Positions 28,118 through 37,448 of a stretch of DNA of 64,000 bases are shown piece after piece. Source of the stretch: a virus (lineage: Duplodnaviria; Caudoviricetes). The stretch's first letter is position 1. Each line of letters opens with the position of its first letter. The notes under the pieces were generated by a model, which made no database searches, was not told the DNA's origin, and worked only from the letters and a program-made list of their open reading frames with translations. A program made the position numbers and the translations under genes. Location: positions 1-64,000 of the IMG/VR virus record IMGVR_UViG_3300014208_000002. One strand, given 5' to 3'.

Positions 28118-28669
28118 ATGAATGATGTAAAGATTATAGGCTATATAGCTTGGCATGGAGGAAATCTCATCCCTGATACAAACGCTGTGGCGGATACTGT
28201 AGTAAAAAGAAATGCAACTGGCGGGGCAACGGTAACTGACTTAGAGTGTGATCGAGTATTTAATACAGGCGGCGCTGACTTTGCAGAAGGATTTAATTTT
28301 GATAAAAATGATAAGCCTCTATCTGGATTAGTTTATATTCAAACAGAAAATGGTCTTATTCCTTCTTCTAAACGGGCACAAAAAGGAACAATTGGAATAT
28401 ATTCTGATACCTATGCTCAATGTGTAAACTCCAAAGATTTAATTGACATAAATCCTAATGGGAGTAAAATTCCCATTTGTCTTGCTGGCCGAGTAAAGGT
28501 TTATGTAAAAGAAAAATTAGAAATTGGAGATGCCTTAGTCTCTGATGTTAAAGGTTTTGCTACTAAAGCCCGCTGGTATGAACGATTATTCTTCCGAGAA
28601 AGAATAATCGGAATAGTTTTTGAACCCTCAAAAGATAAAGAAATAAAAAGAATTTCTATTCTTAAATAA
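28118..28669 (+). CDS. stand-alone intramolecular-chaperone-like (Peptidase_G2-type) fibre domain
   Basis: GGADFAEGF...GIYSD...PICLAGRVKV...IGDALVS...RIIG; N-terminal WHGGN fibre motif. Confidence 0.6.
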   Translation: MNDVKIIGYIAWHGGNLIPDTNAVADTVVKRNATGGATVTDLECDRVFNTGGADFAEGFNFDKNDKPLSGLVYIQTENGLIPSSKRAQKGTIGIYSDTYAQCVNSKDLIDINPNGSKIPICLAGRVKVYVKEKLEIGDALVSDVKGFATKARWYERLFFRERIIGIVFEPSKDKEIKRISILK

Positions 28670-28691
28670 AGACATTCAAACTCAATAATCC

Positions 28692-28699
28692 TACTAATA
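28692..28699 (+). promoter_or_regulatory. candidate late promoter (C)TACTAATA
   Basis: Intergenic motif copy upstream of ATG 28733. Confidence 0.65.
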
Positions 28700-28732
28700 C
28701 TAAAAGACTCTCATTAAAAACAAGGAAAGCAA

Positions 28733-31700
28733 ATGGCATGGTATGATGGCTATGATGTATATGAGGATTTTGAAGACGCCACTTTAGCCTCTGGTTGGGC
28801 GGAAACTGATACCGGTGGAAATCTTACTATAAATTCTCCTACTCAATACTATGATGGTACTCACTCTCTTGAAATAAATCATACAAATAACACCGCTCAA
28901 TCTAATATAGAATATGATTTTGGTTATGGAACCCCTGTTGATAAAGTTGTTCTTTCTGGTAGGTTTAGACTCCCCTCTCCACAATCTGAATGGGATTATG
29001 GGGTCACAATATTTTATTTTTGGGATACTAGCTATTCCGGGGCTGTAGAACTTCATGCTTTCAGTACGGGCACGCCTACAATTGAAAGTGTTAATGCTAG
29101 TGATAGTTTTGTTTATACGCCGGATACTTGGTATGTTTTTCAAGTTTATTATAATCGTAATGGAGCTTCTTGGATAAAAATATGGAATGCTGACCATTCC
29201 TTATTATTAAAAACATTTACATGGGCGGCAAGTGATGTCCCTATTTACTTAGTCACTGTTGGAGGATATCATGATTGGACAGGACAGTATAGTTATTATG
29301 ACTCTTTAGCATTAGATGCCGGAGATATCCAATCAAGTATAAATCCTTGGGAAACTACTTCTTCTATAGACCTTTTTCAAATAAAAATGAGAAAAGGTCT
29401 ATCCTGTTTTACTGATGACTCATGTGGCATTCGTGATAGTATGTGTTGTTCTGGTTCAGCATTATCTATTGAAGGGGCTTGCTCTTCTCATGCTTATGTA
29501 ACTTTTGCGGATACTTGTACAAACGAAATTAAAGGATATATAAATCTTACTACAGGTGGATTAGTTACTCTTGGGAATATTTGTTCTTTAAATAAAATAA
29601 ATGCTACCGTCATAGAAGCTTCATGCTGTGTATGCTCTTCCTATATAAATGGATCATGCTGTATAACCTCTCCAATACTTTGTGGGCAATGTTGCGTAGT
29701 TACTCCATTATTTTCCTTGATTGGATTAGATAAAAATGGTTGTCCTTTCTGTTCTCAATCAAGTTGGAACCCTACTGAAGGAACAGTAGATATGACAGTG
29801 GATTGTGGAGTTACTATACAGTCTGGACAAGAACTACATTTTTATGGTAAAGCCCTGGAAAATATAAATAATGGTGAAGTAGTAATGTATGGTGGCCCCC
29901 AAGGTGACCATGTAACATTCTGTAAAAGTAATCTTTATGCTACTAATTTTAATCCTGGTTGGATTTTAGGAATTGCTACTCACAATATCTGTGCAAATGA
30001 ATATGGATATGTTACTTGGTATGGCAGAGTTCACGGTGTTTATACATACACTTGGCCGCAAGGAAGCCCACTATATATAAGTGAAACATGCGCTGGCTGT
30101 ATTAGATGCGGCCCACCATCAAGTCCTCATCCAAAATTTAGGTTGGGTATTGTAGAAAAAGAACAAGTAGGGGGGGCAGAAAATGGTGTTTATTATATTA
30201 AGCCACTTCAAAATAGAGCCTTAAATAGACTTGATGATGTTACACTTTGCAACTCTTGTGATTATCAAGTTTTAATGTTTCATGATGATACTTGTTGCAC
30301 TTGGTCAAATTGTTATATGAATCTATGTTGGGCAACAATTGGAGGAGCCACTACCTGTTGCCTTATCTGTGCGGCGGATTTTCAATCAGAACTTGGTGCC
30401 TCATTTAATTGTGTAAACGCCCTATTAAAAAATCCAACAGGTTTTGATAATCCAGCAAACGTAGTAGTTACTTATTGTAGTGACTGTAGACAGATTTATC
30501 TTTCAGGAAGCAACTATCAAGGTTATTGGAATGGTGCGCCTGTAGCCGGGTTAGCCCCTGGCTGGTGTTCATGTCAGCATGATACCCCAAAATGTTCTCC
30601 AATATATTTATATTATAATGGTAGCTTTTATGTTTGGTCAGATTCTTCTTGGTCTTTTGATATGCTTCAAATTGCTTCTGTAGGATTTGACTCATCTTGT
30701 GTTTTTAAATTTGCAGGGCGAGAACCCCATGGGTTTATGGATCATCTCGTTCACCAATCAGAGCATCAAACAATTGGTACATATTTAATGTCAGGAAATG
30801 TTTTCACTTCTTTAAGCTATGTTATAGGGTCTACTACGGCAACGGAAAGAAGACCACTTCTTGACGCAAATTATATTAAAGATGAAGATTTGATTACTTG
30901 TAATGCGGCCCTTACTACAAACGCTTATACTTGGGGTTGGCTTACTGGAGCGAGTAGTGAATTTACTTCTTCTGTAGACAATCCCGAAATTGTTTCAATC
31001 ACTGGTAGTCAACCTAATTGGAATCAGTATACAGGTGGAGCTTGGACACAAACGCCAATACCAGTAGGGTCATATATGACTATATGGGTTATTGCCGTTC
31101 CTACAACTAATGATACTGCTTCTCAAAAATATAGATATGTATTCTTACAAGGTCAATCAAATAGTAGTACTCTAACAATTGAAAGTTCTATTTCATTTAA
31201 TCAATTAAACCTTGGAACATTATCTGGACTTACTCCTGAAATGATTGCTATAGGTAGAATTATTATTCGATACATTGGTGGCAACTGGAGTATTTCTCAA
31301 GTAGACCGAATATCTGGTACACGCTTTACTCAAATAGCAAGTCCATCAGGAAATTTTCTTTCTGCGGTTACAACTGATTCAACTTTGGGGGGATCAGGTA
31401 CAGTTGCTAGTCCACTAACCGCTTGTCTTGCTACTTGTGATGCTCCTGGAATAGTAAGAATCGGAGAGGGATTAGGATTAAATGGATGTTGTATTTATAC
31501 TTGTTTAAAACCCACTGACTTCGCTACTTGTGATGTACCCGGTATTATTCAGGTAGGTGGGGGATTATGTATTACAAATTGTACCCTTAGTTTAAATCCT
31601 AACTGTGGTGGAACAGGTGGGGGAATAGGTTGTATAACAAGTGACTATCAAATACTTATTGGTTGTAATACTGCTTGTCAAGAATGTTCTGATTATTCAA

Positions 31701-32572
31701 ATTATTTTGGATTTTACGCTGGTGGTAGTTCCTGTTGTTCCCCTCTCTCCAATTTTATAGGATACTATGCTGGAGATGGGGCTAACAGTTCTTGTCATAC
31801 AAATTATATAGGTTTTTATTCGGGGCAAAGTGCAGTCTGTTCTGATTATTCAACTATAATAGGCTATTATGCTGGAAGATATGCTTCTTGTTCATCTTAT
31901 TCATTTTTTGTGGGGGTATGTTCAGGACATACTTCGTTCAATTCTCCTTATTCTAATATGATTGGTAATTCTGCTGGATATTGTTCGTGCTATTCATCAT
32001 ATTCTAATATGCTAGGGGCTAGTGCTGGATATAATTCTTGTTGTGTTTCTCATTCTGTTTTTATAGGAAGATCAGCGGGTGCTGTTTCCGATAACTCATG
32101 CTACGCAGTAATGATAGGTACTTGTGCTGGAAATGTATCAAGTAGTTCTTCTTATTCCACCTTTATTGGAACTTGTGCTGGTATTTGTACTATATGCGCC
32201 ATCAACTCTATTTTTATGGGATATGGTGCAGGATTTAATGCTGACTACTCTAATAATTCAATTTTTATAGGAAGAGCTACGGGTAATTATGCATGTTGTT
32301 CTTCTTGTTCTACTTATATAGGTTACTTTGCAGGAGTGTCGGCTTACTGTTCTTCATGTTCAATTTTCATTGGAGTGTGTACCGGATTTAATGTGTGTTC
32401 TTCCCCAAATACTTTAATGATCGGAAATAATACTGGCATAACCCCCCTTCTCTGCGGAATAATGGCTACTACTGCGGTGGCATCTAAACTTACTATAAAT
32501 GGTGCATTAGAACCAATTTATTTAATACTCCCTACTACTTGTGGTGGAGCGAATTCTATATGGCTAGTCTAA
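28733..32572 (+). CDS. mosaic Cys-rich tail fibre: N-terminal ConA/LamG-like domain, Cys-rich modules, C-terminal 17-aa repeats
   Basis: 1279 aa; first ~224 aa Cys-free and W/Y-rich; C-terminal ~370 aa paralogous to 25307..27265. Confidence 0.75.
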   Translation: MAWYDGYDVYEDFEDATLASGWAETDTGGNLTINSPTQYYDGTHSLEINHTNNTAQSNIEYDFGYGTPVDKVVLSGRFRLPSPQSEWDYGVTIFYFWDTSYSGAVELHAFSTGTPTIESVNASDSFVYTPDTWYVFQVYYNRNGASWIKIWNADHSLLLKTFTWAASDVPIYLVTVGGYHDWTGQYSYYDSLALDAGDIQSSINPWETTSSIDLFQIKMRKGLSCFTDDSCGIRDSMCCSGSALSIEGACSSHAYVTFADTCTNEIKGYINLTTGGLVTLGNICSLNKINATVIEASCCVCSSYINGSCCITSPILCGQCCVVTPLFSLIGLDKNGCPFCSQSSWNPTEGTVDMTVDCGVTIQSGQELHFYGKALENINNGEVVMYGGPQGDHVTFCKSNLYATNFNPGWILGIATHNICANEYGYVTWYGRVHGVYTYTWPQGSPLYISETCAGCIRCGPPSSPHPKFRLGIVEKEQVGGAENGVYYIKPLQNRALNRLDDVTLCNSCDYQVLMFHDDTCCTWSNCYMNLCWATIGGATTCCLICAADFQSELGASFNCVNALLKNPTGFDNPANVVVTYCSDCRQIYLSGSNYQGYWNGAPVAGLAPGWCSCQHDTPKCSPIYLYYNGSFYVWSDSSWSFDMLQIASVGFDSSCVFKFAGREPHGFMDHLVHQSEHQTIGTYLMSGNVFTSLSYVIGSTTATERRPLLDANYIKDEDLITCNAALTTNAYTWGWLTGASSEFTSSVDNPEIVSITGSQPNWNQYTGGAWTQTPIPVGSYMTIWVIAVPTTNDTASQKYRYVFLQGQSNSSTLTIESSISFNQLNLGTLSGLTPEMIAIGRIIIRYIGGNWSISQVDRISGTRFTQIASPSGNFLSAVTTDSTLGGSGTVASPLTACLATCDAPGIVRIGEGLGLNGCCIYTCLKPTDFATCDVPGIIQVGGGLCITNCTLSLNPNCGGTGGGIGCITSDYQILIGCNTACQECSDYSNYFGFYAGGSSCCSPLSNFIGYYAGDGANSSCHTNYIGFYSGQSAVCSDYSTIIGYYAGRYASCSSYSFFVGVCSGHTSFNSPYSNMIGNSAGYCSCYSSYSNMLGASAGYNSCCVSHSVFIGRSAGAVSDNSCYAVMIGTCAGNVSSSSSYSTFIGTCAGICTICAINSIFMGYGAGFNADYSNNSIFIGRATGNYACCSSCSTYIGYFAGVSAYCSSCSIFIGVCTGFNVCSSPNTLMIGNNTGITPLLCGIMATTAVASKLTINGALEPIYLILPTTCGGANSIWLV

Positions 32573-32588
32573 AAAGGAGAACAGATAA

Positions 32589-33221
32589 ATGGCTTTAGCG
32601 GCAGAAAAATTATGTTATAATCGTGGTGGAACAAACTACGCTATAAATACCTATACTGCTTTTGCCGATGTTCAGTGTGCTATAAAAGCTTTGTGTTTAA
32701 AAAATGCAAGTGGTGATTTTAGATATACTCCTATTGGTATTACTACTGACCCAAGAGCCGGATATCTTAGAGTAGGGATAGGAAGTACAGCTTATGCAGT
32801 AGAAAATACAGCAACTATTTCTTGGGCACGACAACTAATAAATTGTTCAATTCCTTCTTATAATAATACTTCACAGCCTATTGCAAGAATGTATTGTAGC
32901 TCTGTTACTAATCCTGTTGTTAGTTATTTTATTATAGATTTTTCCGCAGGATATAATATAAGATTTGATTGGAATGTTACTATTTCTTCTTCCCCCCAAG
33001 CGGCACGGTTTTATGTAGTAGACCCAATCGATTCAGTTATAATAGATACTGGGTGGAAAACTTCAACCTCTGGTGGGGCCAGCTTTACAAATGATTGTAC
33101 TGACTCCATTACTCAATGCTATAGGATTTGTGTTTTAACTTGTAGATATAGCACCACAGATGGATATACTACTTGGTATTGGCACCCAGCTTTTAATTTT
33201 CAAGTTTATACTCATGGATAA
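32589..33221 (+). CDS. putative fibre tip/adhesin protein, paralog B
   Basis: MALAAEKLCYNRGG...LRVGIGSTAYAV aligns with the N-terminus of 27267. Confidence 0.6.
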   Translation: MALAAEKLCYNRGGTNYAINTYTAFADVQCAIKALCLKNASGDFRYTPIGITTDPRAGYLRVGIGSTAYAVENTATISWARQLINCSIPSYNNTSQPIARMYCSSVTNPVVSYFIIDFSAGYNIRFDWNVTISSSPQAARFYVVDPIDSVIIDTGWKTSTSGGASFTNDCTDSITQCYRICVLTCRYSTTDGYTTWYWHPAFNFQVYTHG

Positions 33222-33232
33222 GGAGAAATAAT

Positions 33233-33907
33233 ATGGTAACTATTTGGTATAATTCAAAAGGTAAACCCTTTTTCTCAAAAGAATCTGCATTAAAGCAAGG
33301 AGAACAAGAAACTGATTTAAGTTCTGTTGAAGTAGAAAATATTCCTGATAGTTTTCCAATAAAATATTGTGGAAGACGCTATGTAGATAATATATCTCAA
33401 AGAATAATTGATGATGTAGAAATTGAATATCAATATATTGTGGATGTAATAAATAAGACTTTGAAAAAGCTTACTTGGGTAGATAGATTTTATCTAGGAG
33501 AGTTTACTCTCGCTGATTTTCAAGCAAAGGTGTTAAAGAAATTAAAAGTTGATTATTCTCTCATTACAAGAGAATCTGATTCAATTTTTTCTATGTACAC
33601 AAAACGAAAAAATCTTGACTTATTAGAAGAAGGGGATTTAGAAAAGTTCACCCTCTATATGACTGCATATAAAGACGCCACTATTCAATATCGAACGCTC
33701 CGAGATAGAGTAAAAAATGCTTCAACTATTGAAGAGCTTTATGAGGTTTGGGGAATACAATATTCTGTACTTGAGGGGGCGTATGTAAAACTTTCTGGAA
33801 TAGTTACTGAGCCTTCACAACTCATACTAACAGAAGAGGAAATAAATCAAATTACAAAAGAGTATGAATCTATTCTTACTGTACCAATGGAAGGAACAGG
33901 AGGTTAG
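33233..33907 (+). CDS. hypothetical protein, possibly tail-fibre assembly chaperone
   Basis: 224 aa after the fibre cassette; helical C-terminus (LRDRVKNASTIEEL) like fibre-assembly proteins. Confidence 0.5.
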   Translation: MVTIWYNSKGKPFFSKESALKQGEQETDLSSVEVENIPDSFPIKYCGRRYVDNISQRIIDDVEIEYQYIVDVINKTLKKLTWVDRFYLGEFTLADFQAKVLKKLKVDYSLITRESDSIFSMYTKRKNLDLLEEGDLEKFTLYMTAYKDATIQYRTLRDRVKNASTIEELYEVWGIQYSVLEGAYVKLSGIVTEPSQLILTEEEINQITKEYESILTVPMEGTGG

Positions 33908-33912
33908 CATTA

Positions 33913-34803
33913 GTGTTAGCTCTACATACCTTTGATACTTTATCCACAACTGGATTGAAGTTTACTGGCTTAAAAAAAGCTGATACTGTTACCATGATTT
34001 TATCGGCGCTCCAATGGCGAAAAATTAACGGGGATATTAAACTCTATTGTGATAAGATATTTTATTCGTGGTTAGATGAAATTGGCTTTACAGATATATA
34101 TTCAGAAATTGATAAAGAACTTTTAGATAAATCCCGTGATCCAAATATAAATATAAGTAAGCAATATGGTTTTTGGGCATCTTCTAAATTCTATGCAATG
34201 AAAGAACAAATATATCCCTTTTTTATGCTTGATATGGATTTGATTGTAAATCTTAATCTAAAATATTATACTGAACAGGATTTTGGTTTAATAGCTTTTG
34301 GACAAGAGCGAATTAGTAATTCTTGGAGAGATATTCCAGTATATCCCCCAAAAGAAAATATATGGACGCCAGACGGATATGTTTTTGATGAGAGATTAGA
34401 TTGGGAAACTCCTCCAGTAAATTGTGCGCTTACTTATTTTGAAGATTTGGAATTAAAAGATGAATATATAAATGAAGCGTTTAGATTTATGAAAAATAAT
34501 ACCCTCCCTGATTATTCTAATAATAGCAAATTTCCTCCAATGATGATGTGTTATATTGAACAGAGATTTTTACCTATGTTAGCTAAACTTCGTGGTGTAA
34601 AATATAGTACATTTCTTTCAGGATATCTTGGTGGAACTTCAGTAGAAGCTTTAAGCAGTACTCGCTTTTTTCATTTATGGTGTGCCAAACATATTCCTAC
34701 TCTTAGAATAAGAATGTATAAATCATTGATAAAGGATTTAGAAAAGCGATATCCAATATTTTACAATAGGTATCTACAAATTGAAAACAAACTTCAAGAT
34801 TGA
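33913..34803 (+). CDS. putative GT-A-fold glycosyltransferase-like protein (DUF6734-like)
   Basis: LSALQWRK...IKLYCD, FWASSKFY, MLDMDL (DxD), YIEQRFL, FFHLW; GTG start. Confidence 0.6.
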   Translation: MLALHTFDTLSTTGLKFTGLKKADTVTMILSALQWRKINGDIKLYCDKIFYSWLDEIGFTDIYSEIDKELLDKSRDPNINISKQYGFWASSKFYAMKEQIYPFFMLDMDLIVNLNLKYYTEQDFGLIAFGQERISNSWRDIPVYPPKENIWTPDGYVFDERLDWETPPVNCALTYFEDLELKDEYINEAFRFMKNNTLPDYSNNSKFPPMMMCYIEQRFLPMLAKLRGVKYSTFLSGYLGGTSVEALSSTRFFHLWCAKHIPTLRIRMYKSLIKDLEKRYPIFYNRYLQIENKLQD

Positions 34804-35704
34804 AAAAACTGGAATATCTGGCATCGCTCGATTACGAAATGAGGAAGAATATCTCCCTATTATTCTTGATAGATTCCTTCCATTCTTAGATGAAATTATT
34901 CTTGTTTGTGATAAAGGCAATACAGATAATACTCCTGATATTTGTGAAGACTATAGAAGGCGTTATCCAGACATAATTAAAACCTATTATTATCCTTATG
35001 AGGTATATCCTCCATTGTCCAAAGAAACTTTATTTTGTAAAGAAGCTGATCCAAGAGCTTTATGGAACTATAATAATTGGGCATTTAGTAAAGCTACTCG
35101 GTCATTCTCTATGAAGGTAGATGGCGACTTAATCCCTCGGGCTGATCTAATGAATTATAAAGACCTTATTTGGGATATAGTGAAAAAAAGTTATATTGTA
35201 GAATTACACGGTGCAAATTTAATTATTGATAATGATAAATTAAAAGTTTTTTCTCCTCCTGAATCTAACATTATTCTTTGTGGAATGAATGACCATTTTT
35301 TAAGACATAATGATATTTCTAATTTCTTTGGTAGACAAAAATCAAGCTCATGTGAAGTGTGGTGTGTTCCTTATCTTCCAAAAAAGTTTAATAAAGGATT
35401 CCCCTATTTCTTTTTTTATTATCATATGCGTTGGTGCAAAAAGGATATTTGCTCTAATCGAGGCAATATGGGAATTTCTAATTCTTATTATGACCATTAT
35501 GCTTATTATAAAGATTCATTAAAAATAGATGTGCCTGAAGCAAAAATAGATTGGGAAAGCTGGATTATCAGCTATAAAAATATTGTTGATACATACCGAG
35601 AAAACTACTATAATATAGATATAGGTATTCCTGATCCAAATATAGATACTGAGCTAATTAAATATATGAAGGATAAAAATCTATATAATGAAGCCAAATT
35701 ATAG
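34781..35704 (+). CDS. glycosyltransferase, GT2-like / Campylobacter CgtA-like, paralog 1
   Basis: ISGIARLRNEEEYL...TDNT...YPYEV...LWNYNNW...KVDGD. Confidence 0.75.
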   Translation: MKTNFKIEKTGISGIARLRNEEEYLPIILDRFLPFLDEIILVCDKGNTDNTPDICEDYRRRYPDIIKTYYYPYEVYPPLSKETLFCKEADPRALWNYNNWAFSKATRSFSMKVDGDLIPRADLMNYKDLIWDIVKKSYIVELHGANLIIDNDKLKVFSPPESNIILCGMNDHFLRHNDISNFFGRQKSSSCEVWCVPYLPKKFNKGFPYFFFYYHMRWCKKDICSNRGNMGISNSYYDHYAYYKDSLKIDVPEAKIDWESWIISYKNIVDTYRENYYNIDIGIPDPNIDTELIKYMKDKNLYNEAKL

Positions 35705-36581
35705 TATAGAACATCAGGGTATTTCAGGGATCGCTCGACTACGAAATGAAGAGGACTTTCTTCCTATAGTCTTAGAAAGGTTTCTCCCCTTTCTTGATGA
35801 AATTATTTTAGTTTATGACGCCGGAAGTATTGATAAGACAAAAGAAATATGCGAGGATTTCCAAAGAAAAAACCCTCATAAGGTAAAAGTTTACAATTAT
35901 CCCTATAGGGTATATCCTGCTAACTCAAGAGAACTTCTTGTTTGTGAAGAAAATGATCCTTGCGCTCTTTGGAATTATTATAATTGGTCATTTAGCAAGT
36001 CTACTTGTTCTCATTCAATGAAAATAGATGGTGATCTTGTTCCTAGAAAAGACTTGCTGAATTATAAAGAATTGATTTGGGAAGAACTAAATAATTCAAA
36101 ACCATTTATTGAAGTGCATGGGGCCAATCTATTTATTCAGGACAATGAATTAAAAGTATTTACAACAGAGCATGATTTTACTGTTTGTACTGGATTAGAG
36201 GATCATTTCATACGAAAAAATGATGTGGCAAATTTATTCTATCGAAAGAAAGATGAGCCTTGGGAAAAATGGTTTTATCCTAAATTTATTGGCTTATGTA
36301 TTCCCTCCACTTTTTTCTACTATCACATGAGGGGGTGTAAACAAAACAAGTTCATAAACTGGGGTTATGCACCAATAATGGCAGAATATAATACTTATAA
36401 AGAATTTTCTAAAATTGGAAGACCTGAGTATAATAAAGACTGGGTTAATTGGGAAAAATCCTATCGTCAATTTATTAAAAAGCATCATCGACTAGATAAC
36501 TATATTGAATTGGGACTTCCGAATCCTAATGAAGATAAAGAGTTTATTGAATATTTAAAAAAGTGGGGTTTTCTAAAATGA
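35688..36581 (+). CDS. glycosyltransferase, GT2-like / CgtA-like, paralog 2
   Basis: Tandem paralog of 34781 (ISGIARLRNEEDFL, LWNYYNW, KIDGD, FFYYHMR). Confidence 0.75.
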   Translation: MKPNYSIEHQGISGIARLRNEEDFLPIVLERFLPFLDEIILVYDAGSIDKTKEICEDFQRKNPHKVKVYNYPYRVYPANSRELLVCEENDPCALWNYYNWSFSKSTCSHSMKIDGDLVPRKDLLNYKELIWEELNNSKPFIEVHGANLFIQDNELKVFTTEHDFTVCTGLEDHFIRKNDVANLFYRKKDEPWEKWFYPKFIGLCIPSTFFYYHMRGCKQNKFINWGYAPIMAEYNTYKEFSKIGRPEYNKDWVNWEKSYRQFIKKHHRLDNYIELGLPNPNEDKEFIEYLKKWGFLK

Positions 36582-37399
36582 TGATTGAAATAACCACAAA
36601 TATATTAGATTGCGGCTGTATTATGAACTGTCTATTCTGCCCTCAGCCTACATTATTGAAAAATTATAAAAGTAATATACGAATGTTATCTTTCAATGAC
36701 TATAAAAAAGCAATAGATAAAATTCCTTCTAATATTGAAATTCGCTTTGCTGGATTTTCTGAACCCTGGCTTAATAAAAAAACTACAGATATGATTTTAT
36801 ATGCCCATGAAAAAGGACATAAGATTTATATTTTTACTACAGGGGTAGGACTATCAGCTGAGGCGTTTAAGCGAATAGAACATATAACCTTTGAAATGTT
36901 TGTTTTACACTTACCAGATAAGCAACAAAACGCCCATCATAATATTACTCCTGAATATATTGAAACAATTAAGTATCTAAAAGAAAATGTAAAAGTTTGT
37001 AGAAGCAGTACATGGACAAAAAGAAATCTTACTTTAGATACTATGCACATGGGGGTATTACATGATTCTGTAAAAGATATTTTTCCCGACTCTTTAAATT
37101 ATCAAATGTCCCCTCGGGCATATAACTTAAAAAACGAATATAATATAAAGCCGGAATTAAAAAAGAAGTTTCTCAGAGAAATAAATCATGGAGAAGGTAA
37201 TTATACTTGTAATTTTCCAGAAGGATTTCATAGAAATGTCATGCTCCCAAACGGGGATATGTATCTTTGCTGTATGGACTATGGGCTTGAACATAAATTA
37301 GGAAATATATTTGAAGAGGATTATTTAATTATAATAAATCGAACTAATAAAACCGACTGGCATCTCTGTCAATTTTGTGAGTGGGCTTGTAGGGTATAA
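36578..37399 (+). CDS. radical SAM protein with SPASM/twitch domain
   Basis: CIMNCLFC (CxxxCxxC), FAGFSEP, C-terminal C...PNGDMYLCCMD...LGNI...CQFC; ATG 36578 preferred over 36563. Confidence 0.85.
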   Translation: MMIEITTNILDCGCIMNCLFCPQPTLLKNYKSNIRMLSFNDYKKAIDKIPSNIEIRFAGFSEPWLNKKTTDMILYAHEKGHKIYIFTTGVGLSAEAFKRIEHITFEMFVLHLPDKQQNAHHNITPEYIETIKYLKENVKVCRSSTWTKRNLTLDTMHMGVLHDSVKDIFPDSLNYQMSPRAYNLKNEYNIKPELKKKFLREINHGEGNYTCNFPEGFHRNVMLPNGDMYLCCMDYGLEHKLGNIFEEDYLIIINRTNKTDWHLCQFCEWACRV

Positions 37400-37407
37400 A
37401 ATAAAGC

Positions 37408-37415
37408 TACTAACA
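37408..37415 (+). promoter_or_regulatory. candidate late promoter variant (C)TACTAACA
   Basis: Intergenic, upstream of ATG 37449. Confidence 0.55.
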
Positions 37416-37448
37416 TAAAACTAATAGAATATAAGGGAGAAATAAAAT

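Noticed and set aside
27029-32437. Similar ~80-nt segments at the ends of the two Cys-rich fibre genes (27029-27108 and about 32351-32437) as a DGR template/variable pair
   Set aside because: Differences are mostly synonymous third positions and not adenine-specific, both copies are coding, and no reverse transcriptase is in the window. Ordinary paralogy explains them.
25307-33221. Invertible shufflon-type fibre switching
   Set aside because: All cassettes are on one strand, I found no inverted crossover repeats, and no recombinase is present.
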